Assembly: GCA_038213615.1 (NCBI GenBank)
Contig: JBBQSV010000001.1
Location: 4,032 to 68,031 of the forward strand
Reading direction: 5' to 3'
Source: Candidatus Saccharimonadales bacterium
GTDB lineage: Bacteria > Patescibacteriota > Saccharimonadia > Saccharimonadales > OMJO01
Length of the DNA: 64,000 bases
This document shows positions 17,479-26,404 of this stretch, in pieces. Position 1 is the first letter of the stretch; every line of letters begins with the position of its first letter. A program made the position numbers and the translations under genes. The notes beneath the pieces were generated by a model that saw only the letters and a list, made by a program, of their open reading frames with translations, did no database searches and was not told the origin of the DNA.

Positions 17479-18939
17479 TCAATCAAGTTTCATAAACTTA
17501 GGAAGCTCACTGATCTTTACGCGTTCTTGTTTAGTGGTGTCACGGTCGCGGACAGTTACAGTATCGTCTTTTTCTAATGTGTCGAAGTCGATGGTTACGC
17601 AGTACGGTGTGCCAATTTCGTCTTGGCGGCGATAGCGCTTGCCAATGTTACCGTTGTCATCCCACATGACTGCCCCAAATTCTTTTTTGAGCATCTTGTA
17701 TACTTCCTTAGCTTTGTCGGCCAGTTCTTTCTTATTCTTTAGCAAAGGCGACACGGCAACTTTGACTGGCGCTAAATGTGGCGGTAACTTTAAAACTATC
17801 CGATCGTTTTCTTTATCATCCCAGTACGCAGAAGTCAGAACAGCCATAACTGCCCGCTCTACACCAAAACTTGGTTCGATCACATGCGGCACAAATGCCT
17901 CTCCGCCATCTTTTGGCCGGTATTCCATATTTTTGCCGGAGGCCTTTTGAATATTAGTCAGGTCAAAATCTGTGCGGTAAGCCAGGCCCAGTAGTTCATC
18001 TTTACCGTGCGGAAAATCAAACTCAAAGTCTATAGTTCGTTTGCTGTAATGAGCCAGGTCTTTTTTGGGCACCTCTAGCTCGTGCACGCTACTAGCTGGT
18101 AAACCGAGTACTTTTAGCCATTCGTGCACAGCCTTTTGCCACTTGGTAAATTCTGACTCCCAGTTTTTGGGTTCAATAAAATACTCAATTTCCATTTGCT
18201 CGAACTCACGAGAACGGAAAACAAAATCACGGGGACTAATCTCGTTTCTAAAAGCCTTGCCTTGCTGGGCAATACCAAATGGTAAATCTGGGTAAATAGT
18301 ATCAACTACGTTTTTGTAATTAGTAAAAATTCCTTGTGCCGTCTCAGGGCGTAGATAAATTCTCGTGGGATCTCCGGCGCCTACAGCCCCTTCCTCTTTA
18401 AATGTTATCCTTTTACCTGCGGGTATAGCTTCAGGAAATTCAATGACCGTTTCGTCTGCAGTAGGCCCTACCCTCGTCTTGAACATCATGTTGAACTGAC
18501 GGGGTTCGCCAAAAGTTTTTTCTTTTCCACATGTTGGGCATTTTTTGGTATCAATTTTATCGGCCCTAAAACGACCTTTGCAGTTAGAGCATTCGACAAG
18601 CGGATCTGTGAAAGTATCTACATGCCCACTGGCCTGCCAAACTTTTTGATTCATCAAAATCGCCGCATCCACGCCGTACATGTCATCACGATCACCCACG
18701 AACATCTTCCACCACAGGTCCATGACGTTTCGCTTTAGCGCTACACCTAATGGGCCATAGTCCCAGGTACCACTTAGCCCACCGTAAACTTCACTGCCCT
18801 GAAATATGAACCCGCGGCGTTTGCACAAAGATACAATGTCTTCTAATGATACGTCTGCACCGCCTGGCTTACTCTGCTGCTTAGCCGCAGATTCGCCAGA
18901 CTCTTGGCCTACAACCTGTTTTTTTTCTTCACTACTCAT
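17479..18939 (-). CDS. glyQS: glycine--tRNA ligase (alpha2 type)
   Basis: CKRRGFIFQGSEVYGGL, YLRPETAQGIF and class II motifs. ATG 18939 has a GAGG Shine-Dalgarno and is preferred over the TTG at 18987. Confidence 0.93.
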   Translation of the reverse strand: MSSEEKKQVVGQESGESAAKQQSKPGGADVSLEDIVSLCKRRGFIFQGSEVYGGLSGTWDYGPLGVALKRNVMDLWWKMFVGDRDDMYGVDAAILMNQKVWQASGHVDTFTDPLVECSNCKGRFRADKIDTKKCPTCGKEKTFGEPRQFNMMFKTRVGPTADETVIEFPEAIPAGKRITFKEEGAVGAGDPTRIYLRPETAQGIFTNYKNVVDTIYPDLPFGIAQQGKAFRNEISPRDFVFRSREFEQMEIEYFIEPKNWESEFTKWQKAVHEWLKVLGLPASSVHELEVPKKDLAHYSKRTIDFEFDFPHGKDELLGLAYRTDFDLTNIQKASGKNMEYRPKDGGEAFVPHVIEPSFGVERAVMAVLTSAYWDDKENDRIVLKLPPHLAPVKVAVSPLLKNKKELADKAKEVYKMLKKEFGAVMWDDNGNIGKRYRRQDEIGTPYCVTIDFDTLEKDDTVTVRDRDTTKQERVKISELPKFMKLD

Positions 18940-19040
18940 TCTTCGTACCTCATTGTACGATTCATTCCGCTGCTTATCAAAAAACAACCTATAGGCTCAA
19001 TTGCAAAAGTATCATACAAATAATGACTCATCTTGCTAGA

Positions 19041-19069
19041 GATTATACGTTAGCTGTTAGAACTTCTCA
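19041..19069 (-). promoter_or_regulatory. candidate glyQS promoter (TTGAGA-17-TATAAT)
   Basis: Read on the minus strand about 100 nt upstream of ATG 18939. Confidence 0.4.
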
Positions 19070-19161
19070 AAGCTAATACAGTACGTGAGCAAAGTCCTCA
19101 AGCTTGGCAAGGCCTTTTTCGCGAGGTAGATACCGCCTGGGAATAGTTCCGTACATGTTGG

Positions 19162-19851
19162 CTAGATATGTAAATAAAAACTGACTAAGTTTTTAACCAG
19201 TACCAAAACCTGGGGTAACACTTTATCCAGATCTTGTATCTGGGTTAGTATTTCTGGCTTGCCCGCCCTGGCTGTTAGGCGTAATAATTTGACGTGGTTG
19301 GCCGTGTAATTGCCGCCCTGTGCCGGTACAAAGGCCACGGTGTCTTGATCGAATTTGTAACTAGAGGTTTTTGAAATCCCCTCACTATCACTACTCAGCT
19401 GCAAATCGGGCTCGTGACCAGAAATTTTTAGCAAATGCACACAAAACCATAGGGCCAGGATGTCCAAATCTATACCACTATCCAGTGCTGCCAGGGCCTG
19501 CGACAGTAAATCAAAGTATTCTGGCCCAGCGGCGTCTTCGGTAACTTTGTTGGACTTTTTTAGTAGGTCGTAACCAAACATTGTTCTATCAATATCTTTG
19601 ACGATGTTGGGGAAATGCTGTTTCAGCCTGGATGAAATCAGAGTACCAACTCGGCCCTTGCCTGGCAAAAAGGTGATATCACTAATAGTAAAAAGTTCTA
19701 TGCCACCGGCAAGTTTGGACTTTGACTTTCTGGCACCGCGGGCCATCAGACTGACCTTGCCGTGATCTGCCGTCAATACCGTCAGGATCCTGTCGGACTC
19801 CTGGTAGTCAGTGCGTGTCAGCACTATCCCTGATGCAACTACTCCGTTCAT
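19162..19851 (-). CDS. recO: DNA repair protein RecO
   Basis: GIVLTRTDYQESDRILTVLTADHGKVSLMARGARKSKSK, an OB-fold N-terminus typical of RecO. ATG 19849-19851 overlaps the upstream TGA (ATGA). Confidence 0.85.
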   Translation of the reverse strand: MNGVVASGIVLTRTDYQESDRILTVLTADHGKVSLMARGARKSKSKLAGGIELFTISDITFLPGKGRVGTLISSRLKQHFPNIVKDIDRTMFGYDLLKKSNKVTEDAAGPEYFDLLSQALAALDSGIDLDILALWFCVHLLKISGHEPDLQLSSDSEGISKTSSYKFDQDTVAFVPAQGGNYTANHVKLLRLTARAGKPEILTQIQDLDKVLPQVLVLVKNLVSFYLHI

Positions 19852-20231
19852 AAGGCAGTTACTCTGGTAGTATTTTCTATGGCCCGGATTAGCTGGGCCA
19901 TGGTTGTGGCTGGTTTGTACAGAATATCGTTGACTCCCATGAGATCTAGAACCTTGCTGACGGCTATTAACTTTTGGGGCTGAATAACCGTGTGCAAGAT
20001 GACTGGCACAGTGTCCCACTCTGGATACGACCTAAATTCGTGCAAAAACTCCACGCTATTGTGCCCGGCCAGTTGCAGCTCGGCCACTACGACATCCGGA
20101 ATTAATTTATCGGCCTGCTGTACGGCCTGCTGGGCTCCACCAACAACTGTCACCCGGTGCCCAGCCCTAGACAAAGCCTCTTTATACACACGGGCCAACA
20201 AAATATCTGGCTCTATTAACAAAATGTTCAC
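19848..20231 (-). CDS. stand-alone receiver-domain protein with Glu at the phospho-acceptor position
   Basis: CheY-like fold markers are present (LLIEPD, VPVILHT, YKP), but PDVVVAELQL carries E51 where the conserved Asp sits. Confidence 0.7.
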   Translation of the reverse strand: MNILLIEPDILLARVYKEALSRAGHRVTVVGGAQQAVQQADKLIPDVVVAELQLAGHNSVEFLHEFRSYPEWDTVPVILHTVIQPQKLIAVSKVLDLMGVNDILYKPATTMAQLIRAIENTTRVTAL

Positions 20232-20911
20232 AGACTAACTAACTCCAGTTGCCGGCTAGGTATCAGCGTAGATGCCAACCCGTTGAGCTGCCCGTGGTGG
20301 CTTAGCCTTAGTGGCATGGCCATAGCCTGTAACAGAGTGTCGGCAATAAATATGCCTGCCCCACTGTAGGCCAAACCCTGTGGCCAAGGCTGTTGTGCAC
20401 GTCCACTAAGTTGTTTGAACTTATTAAAAGATGTCGACGATAATCCATCTTGCCTGCCAAATGCTCCAGCCGCCAGACCACGGTGGGTGCGGTGGGTGCT
20501 GAGCACTAGCCTAGGCTTTTTGGCCCCAGACTGGGCCTCTATAAGTCCATAGCCTAGTGCCACAAAGGCTGATCTTAGATATCGGCTATCGGCCATGGCC
20601 GGCTGATTGTGTCCAGTTACTTCTACCACTATTTCGCAGTTATAGTTTCTGGCGTGAGAGGTCAATTTATGGGCAGCTTCTTCAAGAGCCACCGACACCA
20701 TTGTTGGCCGAAGGTCCAGACTATCTTGCCCCGAGGCTGTAGAACCCAGTTGATAGCTTTCTAGCAATTCTAAAACTATGTTTGCAGAATCAGCCACCGT
20801 GCCGATCTGGCCCAAACTGGCCTCTTGGGCTATTTGCATAAGCGGTATCTTTAGTTGCTCTGCCAGGGCCCAAAACAATCTGTTATTGTCAGCAACAACC
20901 GCCTTTTGCAT
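20228..20911 (-). CDS. degenerate histidine-kinase-like protein (DHp/CA-like, no His, no N-box)
   Basis: LAEQLKIPLMQI aligns with the H-box SHELRTPL, placing E18 at the His position. Later segments loosely follow the CA-domain order without N/G1/G2 consensus. Overlaps the receiver gene by 4 nt. Confidence 0.45.
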   Translation of the reverse strand: MQKAVVADNNRLFWALAEQLKIPLMQIAQEASLGQIGTVADSANIVLELLESYQLGSTASGQDSLDLRPTMVSVALEEAAHKLTSHARNYNCEIVVEVTGHNQPAMADSRYLRSAFVALGYGLIEAQSGAKKPRLVLSTHRTHRGLAAGAFGRQDGLSSTSFNKFKQLSGRAQQPWPQGLAYSGAGIFIADTLLQAMAMPLRLSHHGQLNGLASTLIPSRQLELVSL

Positions 20912-20995
20912 ACCTCAGATACCCTCTCTCTTCTAGGCATCAGTATACGTTAACGAGTCCTTTTAGTTCAAAGATTTGACTACAGATTAGATTAA

Positions 20996-21667
20996 CTAAG
21001 GCGAGAAGCTAAAACTGGGCAGTATAACCGCATTTAAGTCTTTGACGTATTGGTCGGCTTCGACCCAAACCTCGATAGTTTTGTCACGCAATTGTAAGAC
21101 CACCATGGTGTCGCTTTGGCCCGGATTAACCTCGCCCCGCACCAACGAGCCCAATACACTTTTAACCTTTGGTGCCCGGTATGCTGAAATTTTTAGCTTG
21201 CCAGACTGAACCTGGGCTTGATACTGACCCATAACTTGATCATAGGACTGTCCCAATACCTGGACCCTTAGAGCATAAGCCGTCGACCCAGATGAACTTA
21301 TGCCAGGTACCACCCCAGGCTGAAAGTAACCATCTACTGGGGTTGAGTTATTGGTTGTGTCCACGTAGCCACTCCAGGTTTTAGGATACCTGAACGAAAT
21401 ACTGCCATAAGTGTCAGGACCCTGATAGGTTTTGTAGGGACTTTTTTCTTTCTGGATAAACTCGTTGTCTTTTTGGGTACTCAGCTTCTGATTGGCCACT
21501 ACTATGGCGGTTTGGATTTTTTGGTCGACATTGTTTTTATAGTCCTGCATGCCACCAAATGCCCACAGGCCAAAACCCAGGGCTCCCACTAAAGCAATTA
21601 CCAGCACAGCTATAACGGCGATCAGAACACCGCTGCCCTTTTTATGATATGAATTTGCGGGAGGCAT
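20996..21667 (-). CDS. membrane-anchored extracytoplasmic protein, unknown function
   Basis: An N-terminal TM (VLIAVIAVLVIALVGALGFGLWAF) followed by a roughly 180-aa soluble domain. Confidence 0.6.
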   Translation of the reverse strand: MPPANSYHKKGSGVLIAVIAVLVIALVGALGFGLWAFGGMQDYKNNVDQKIQTAIVVANQKLSTQKDNEFIQKEKSPYKTYQGPDTYGSISFRYPKTWSGYVDTTNNSTPVDGYFQPGVVPGISSSGSTAYALRVQVLGQSYDQVMGQYQAQVQSGKLKISAYRAPKVKSVLGSLVRGEVNPGQSDTMVVLQLRDKTIEVWVEADQYVKDLNAVILPSFSFSP

Positions 21668-21718
21668 TATACCGCTTATGTTACCACAAATTACGCAACG
21701 TATTAAACTGTTGACCAG

Positions 21719-22207
21719 TTAATAATCGTACAAAAACAGTGCGCCACGCTTTTTGGTGTATTTTTTGCCGGGTATCTTAAACGCCAGGCTGACCAATTTT
21801 ACATTTTTGCCACTATATGTCCGAACAATATTTTTATCCAATCTCGACATATAGCGGTCCAGCAAAAACACAAAAATGCCGTCGGTCTGTGGCCACTTAA
21901 CTGTCCAATAATTGCCCCACACCACCCTAACCTGCCGCCTGTACTTGAAAGTTCGTAATCTAGCGACGATTACCAGCACCGGGTTTAGCTCGTAACCCAC
22001 AGATTTTATACCCAGACTAGCCGCGTATCTCAGTACTCGGCCATCCCCACAACCCAGTTCCAGCAGTGTCTGCCCTGGTTTTAGATCTAACAAATCAAAA
22101 ATGCCCGGCAGCTGTTTTTTTAACGTCGGCAAAAACGGCGCTCCAAACAGTACTACAAACCCGAACAATAAAACAACTGCAGCCAATGTTAGCATCAGCC
22201 AGTCCAT
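21719..22207 (-). CDS. class I SAM-dependent methyltransferase with N-terminal TM helix
   Basis: Motif I: LLELGCGDGRVL. Confidence 0.75.
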   Translation of the reverse strand: MDWLMLTLAAVVLLFGFVVLFGAPFLPTLKKQLPGIFDLLDLKPGQTLLELGCGDGRVLRYAASLGIKSVGYELNPVLVIVARLRTFKYRRQVRVVWGNYWTVKWPQTDGIFVFLLDRYMSRLDKNIVRTYSGKNVKLVSLAFKIPGKKYTKKRGALFLYDY

Positions 22208-22210
22208 TGG

Positions 22211-22435
22211 TTACTTCTCGAACGATTTTTTAATCTTGGTCACTTTGTTTTGTGCTGATTTTAGGTACGTTTCTAGTTCTTTTGCAGCTTTCATGCCCCG
22301 CTCATAAGCTTTTATAGCTTGGTCGACATCGATGTCCTCTGACTCCAGCATGCTCAAAGCTTGATCGATAGCCTTTTTCAGATCACTATAAGTGGTTTCG
22401 ACTGTTGCTTTATTAGGCATTGGGGATGTCACCAT
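22211..22435 (-). CDS. xseB: exodeoxyribonuclease VII small subunit
   Basis: 74-aa helical protein with LESEDIDVDQAIKAYERGMKAAKE, typical of XseB. Confidence 0.8.
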   Translation of the reverse strand: MVTSPMPNKATVETTYSDLKKAIDQALSMLESEDIDVDQAIKAYERGMKAAKELETYLKSAQNKVTKIKKSFEK

Positions 22436-22976
22436 CTGCTGCTACTTGATCTATGATAGTTGGTAAAAATAAACTGATAGTGCTGTATATAACCCTATAA
22501 TCTTCACTGCCGACTGCGACTACTGTATTGATACCCCTACCATCGTTATCCTCTACTTGAAAGCCGGTCACACCTTGTGTGGGGTTGTGTACTGTCCCGG
22601 AGTTGACCAGAAACTTGCTCAGCGCCAGGAAGTCTGGCTTACCTTGGTCGTAGCTAAGAGTAAAGAGTCTATCGGTTACCTGCAACGGGCTAAAGCCAAG
22701 ACGCAACTTTCTAACATTGACTGCCTCGGGCAATGACAGTTCCTGTCTAAAGCGTCCTTCAGCCTCCTCAGTTGTTGGCAGTAAATCAACCTGAGACGGA
22801 TCCGAACACCTCCCAATCGCTGACGGTTGACGTTTGTTGCATTCGGCTAGTAAGACCCTGGCGAGCTTGGTGTCCCGAACGGCCTGTTCATGCTGTCTAG
22901 CAGCGGCATTGACACGATCCGCCTCTTTGATCTCTGCCTTAGAAATACCCATCAATTTTTCTCTAATCCCTAACAT
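22413..22976 (-). CDS. hypothetical protein inserted between xseA and xseB
   Basis: Strong AGGAGG lies 6 nt upstream of the ATG. The 3' end overlaps xseB by 23 nt. No motif recognised. Confidence 0.65.
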   Translation of the reverse strand: MLGIREKLMGISKAEIKEADRVNAAARQHEQAVRDTKLARVLLAECNKRQPSAIGRCSDPSQVDLLPTTEEAEGRFRQELSLPEAVNVRKLRLGFSPLQVTDRLFTLSYDQGKPDFLALSKFLVNSGTVHNPTQGVTGFQVEDNDGRGINTVVAVGSEDYRVIYSTISLFLPTIIDQVAADGDIPNA

Positions 22977-23020
22977 CTAAACCTCCTGTGTTACGAATAA
23001 TACTACTCGTCAACGTTTGT

Positions 23021-24127
23021 CTATACAACATCGGCCTGCACGGACCCATCAGAAAACTCAATGCTAACCCTGTCCTCATGGCGTATCTGCTTTGCAGACT
23101 TAACATAGTGCCCTTCTCTGCCCTTAACTAAAGTATAGCCTCTTCTAAGAACAGCTACTGGGTTTAGGACCCCAACTAGTCGCTTTTGGTCAGCAAGAGA
23201 CTTGGTAGAAGCTACTATTACCATACTAATGAACTCTGACAGTCTATGCACATATTGGCTGACTTCTTGGGCCTGTAATTGTAGAAAATGCTCTAGGCCT
23301 CTGACTAAAGTGTCCTTCGCAGTTGTAAGGGCCCTCAGCTCATTTCTCCTGTCAGGCACTAGCATTTCTGCGCAGTTACTGGGTGTGCTGGCCCTTTGAT
23401 CAGCCGCTAGTTCTGCCAAACTAATGTCTACCTCGTGGCCAATAGCCACAATCGTTGGTATGCGGCTACCGGCCACTGCTCGCACTACTTGTTCGGTGCT
23501 AAAAGCTACCAAATCATCAGCACTGCCGCCACCACGAACAATTGCCAAAACATCTACTGGACTGGAATACGTGTTGAAATATTCAATAGCGGCTACAATT
23601 TGCCCGGCCGCTGGTTCGCCCTGCACCTGCACATCCGCTAACTGCACGTCCACACCGCCCCACCGAGCATTTAGAATCTTTACAAAATCTTGGTAAGCAG
23701 CTGACTGGCCAGAAGTAATCAGCCCAACTGTTTGCGGCGGATATGGCAAAGCTCGCTTTCTATCTGGGGCAAACAAGCCCTCTGCCGTCAGTTTAGCCTG
23801 CAGCAAGTTCGAGGCCTTTTTGATAGATCCCTCGCCCACTGGCTGAATAAACTGCACATTTACACTAAAACCAAATTGTTGGTGCAGTCTAGGCGCACCG
23901 AGCACCTGCAACATTAGCCCGTCCTCTAATGGTCCAGGCAGATTATAGACCGTACCAAAAAACTTCACACTAGAAAATTCATCTTTTAGGTCAAAGTAAA
24001 CCCAGCGATTCTTGCTTATCCTAAAGTTAGCTAGCTCCCCCACGATCGAAACATTCGGATAGGCATACTCCAGCGTTTGATTGAGCACTGCCACAAAGTC
24101 CGAAACCGAAAGTACAACTTCTTCCAT
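23021..24127 (-). CDS. xseA: exodeoxyribonuclease VII large subunit
   Basis: N-terminal OB fold (VSIVGELANFRISKNRWVYFDLKD), catalytic core (IVRGGGSADDL) and a coiled C-terminus. Confidence 0.9.
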   Translation of the reverse strand: MEEVVLSVSDFVAVLNQTLEYAYPNVSIVGELANFRISKNRWVYFDLKDEFSSVKFFGTVYNLPGPLEDGLMLQVLGAPRLHQQFGFSVNVQFIQPVGEGSIKKASNLLQAKLTAEGLFAPDRKRALPYPPQTVGLITSGQSAAYQDFVKILNARWGGVDVQLADVQVQGEPAAGQIVAAIEYFNTYSSPVDVLAIVRGGGSADDLVAFSTEQVVRAVAGSRIPTIVAIGHEVDISLAELAADQRASTPSNCAEMLVPDRRNELRALTTAKDTLVRGLEHFLQLQAQEVSQYVHRLSEFISMVIVASTKSLADQKRLVGVLNPVAVLRRGYTLVKGREGHYVKSAKQIRHEDRVSIEFSDGSVQADVV

Positions 24128-24690
24128 TATTTTTCTCTTTGACCAAGTTTTTTGTATTCGCTTTGGGTTATGTAGGTTTTAGAATCTTTGACCCTGTCTA
24201 CATACAAAATTCCGCTCAGGTGATCTGTTTCATGCTGAATGACATGGGCCATAAAGCCATCAAAGTCTTCTTCGTGATTCACTGCCTTTTCGTCCAACCA
24301 TTTAAGTCTGATCTTTTTATAGCGCATGGCCTTGCCATAAAGTAGCGTGCCACTAATACAGGCTTCGTACATACCCGTCTTCTTGCCGTAATACACGATA
24401 ATCTTGGGGTTAATAATCGTCAACTTTTGTTTTATAAGCTCGGGCCTAGTTGGGGTGGGCTTAGTACTGATTACTGACAGAGCAATGCCTTTTCCTAGTT
24501 GTGGTGCAGCTATGCCTACCCCATACTTTTTCTTCTCTAGGGTGTAGTACATATCACCTATAAAGCTCTGGGTTTGTTTAGACAAAATCTGCTCTTTGGT
24601 GAGAGGCTCAGCCACTTGCCTGAGTATAGGATTGCCAAATTGCGTCCGCTTTAAAACCTTAGGCATGGAAAGAATTTCTAATTTCTCCAC
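24127..24690 (-). CDS. def: peptide deformylase
   Basis: GIAAPQLG, EACIS and HETDHL motifs. The start is uncertain: GTG 24690 or ATG 24666. Confidence 0.9.
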   Translation of the reverse strand: MEKLEILSMPKVLKRTQFGNPILRQVAEPLTKEQILSKQTQSFIGDMYYTLEKKKYGVGIAAPQLGKGIALSVISTKPTPTRPELIKQKLTIINPKIIVYYGKKTGMYEACISGTLLYGKAMRYKKIRLKWLDEKAVNHEEDFDGFMAHVIQHETDHLSGILYVDRVKDSKTYITQSEYKKLGQREK

Positions 24691-25321
24691 CGCGGACTTC
24701 TAGAATATCACCTGTCTTAGAATTAATGTTACCTTCTGCCAGATCAAAACATAACCTGGACACGTTGCCTACAGGCTGAGCTTCGTCAGCATATTCTGGA
24801 TAAAATTTTAGGTATGCCTCTGTGGCTGTATCGGCTGGTGAAACGCCAAATATATTTGGTCCGTCGGGGTAATCTTGTGATAGGCCGACCAAGAAATCTT
24901 CTAGTGCACGCTTACTCGTGAAATACGGTAGCCAGCCTGCTCCACCGTCGACGAAGGTACCAGTTACAGCGATCACACTACCGCTCTTGGTTATCTGTGG
25001 CAATAAGATCGCCGCTAGAACTGCAAAACTAGTTAGGCCAACATTAATTGTCTGGATTATCTGGTCTGGGCTAAACTTTTGTAATGGCTTGCCGGCGTAG
25101 ACTTCGTCTTTATCATGCCAGACGCCAGCAACGTGAATCACCGCATCAAGTTTATCTGTGTTAGACAAAATTTTTTTGAGACTTTTTGCAAGTTGATCCA
25201 AATTATTCAGGTCCAATTGTTGTCGCGATGGCGATATAACTCGCCAACCCTTAGATTCAAATAGGCTAGCTATGCCACTGCCTATGTCCGAACTACCGCC
25301 TGTAATGAATACTGTCTTCAT
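24659..25321 (-). CDS. short-chain dehydrogenase/reductase (SDR)
   Basis: TGGSSDIGSGIA cofactor motif and a YxxxK (YFTSK). Confidence 0.8.
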   Translation of the reverse strand: MKTVFITGGSSDIGSGIASLFESKGWRVISPSRQQLDLNNLDQLAKSLKKILSNTDKLDAVIHVAGVWHDKDEVYAGKPLQKFSPDQIIQTINVGLTSFAVLAAILLPQITKSGSVIAVTGTFVDGGAGWLPYFTSKRALEDFLVGLSQDYPDGPNIFGVSPADTATEAYLKFYPEYADEAQPVGNVSRLCFDLAEGNINSKTGDILEVRGGEIRNSFHA

Positions 25322-26352
25322 TTAGCACGCTTCATGCGGAGGGCTTTGTGATAGTAGTAATAGCCTGCTGGCAACTGGATACCCATATTCAATACACGGT
25401 ACACCAGTGTGACAGATACACTCAAACCTTTGGGCACGCCGGCCGCTATCAGCACAGCCGTCATCAAAAACTCAAACGCTCCTACCCCACCGGGCAAAAT
25501 AGAAATTACACCCGCAAAACTAGCTACCGCATATGCCAAAATCACCGCGCCCGGATTGATCAAATGGCCAAAGGCTAAATAGACTGTGTAGATAGTCATG
25601 ATCTCTGCGATATTACAAAGTAGTGCATTAATCAGCGGCTTCCAGAGCTCCTTGGGTTTGGACCTCAAATGAACATAGTGTTGATGCAGGTCATTAAATA
25701 ACCGCTGAGCTTTGCCAACGTTGATAGTTTCTGGGTGGCTGCGTCTAACAACATGTATCAAACGGTTAAGTAACTGGGTTATGTAGGTAAAAAAGGCATC
25801 TATGCGTTTTTGGCTACCAATAATAAATGCCAAAGCCATGGTACCAATCAACAAAAGTGTAACCAGTGAGCTAGCTACTAAGATTGTGAAACTATTTACG
25901 CGGTGGCCAAAGGCCAGGAATATTAATGCTAAGCCTAGCAAAAACTGAAATGATACAAATATTAGAATAAATTTAAATACCTGTAGAACCGTAGACTTGC
26001 TAGTAGGCACGTCGGCATCGCGCATGCGCAGTGCAAAATACGATACACCCGATACTCCCCCAGTTGGGAATACGTTATTAACAAAGTTTAGTTCTAGCGC
26101 CACACGCCCCAGGGTGCGGCGACTGATTTTTTCACCCAGTAAGCCATAAAGGTGTTGGTACATCCGGGCGTAGCTAGAATAGTCTAGCCACTGCCAAAAC
26201 AGCATGGCCGGCAGGACCCACAAGTGAACACCACGTAGATTGCGAAACGCATCAAATATTTGATGGTGCGCAGCAACCACTAGGCCGGCCAGGGCCACAA
26301 TAGTCAACACATTTAAAACTAGCTTCCAGTTGCGCTTATTTATTAGTTTCAC
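25318..26352 (-). CDS. flippase-like / lysyl-phosphatidylglycerol synthase TM-region family membrane protein
   Basis: About 8 TM helices, with overall resemblance to UPF0104. Confidence 0.6.
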   Translation of the reverse strand: MKLINKRNWKLVLNVLTIVALAGLVVAAHHQIFDAFRNLRGVHLWVLPAMLFWQWLDYSSYARMYQHLYGLLGEKISRRTLGRVALELNFVNNVFPTGGVSGVSYFALRMRDADVPTSKSTVLQVFKFILIFVSFQFLLGLALIFLAFGHRVNSFTILVASSLVTLLLIGTMALAFIIGSQKRIDAFFTYITQLLNRLIHVVRRSHPETINVGKAQRLFNDLHQHYVHLRSKPKELWKPLINALLCNIAEIMTIYTVYLAFGHLINPGAVILAYAVASFAGVISILPGGVGAFEFLMTAVLIAAGVPKGLSVSVTLVYRVLNMGIQLPAGYYYYHKALRMKRAK

Positions 26353-26404
26353 TTTATGCTACATTATACGTCATTCGTGCCCACCGATGTATACTTAAAC
26401 TTAA

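Noticed and set aside
18940-19040. A T-box or other riboswitch leader upstream of glyQS.
   Set aside because: The distance from the candidate promoter to ATG 18939 is only about 100 nt. No T-box sequence (AAUUAGGGUGGNACCGCG-like) or specifier/antiterminator architecture was seen.
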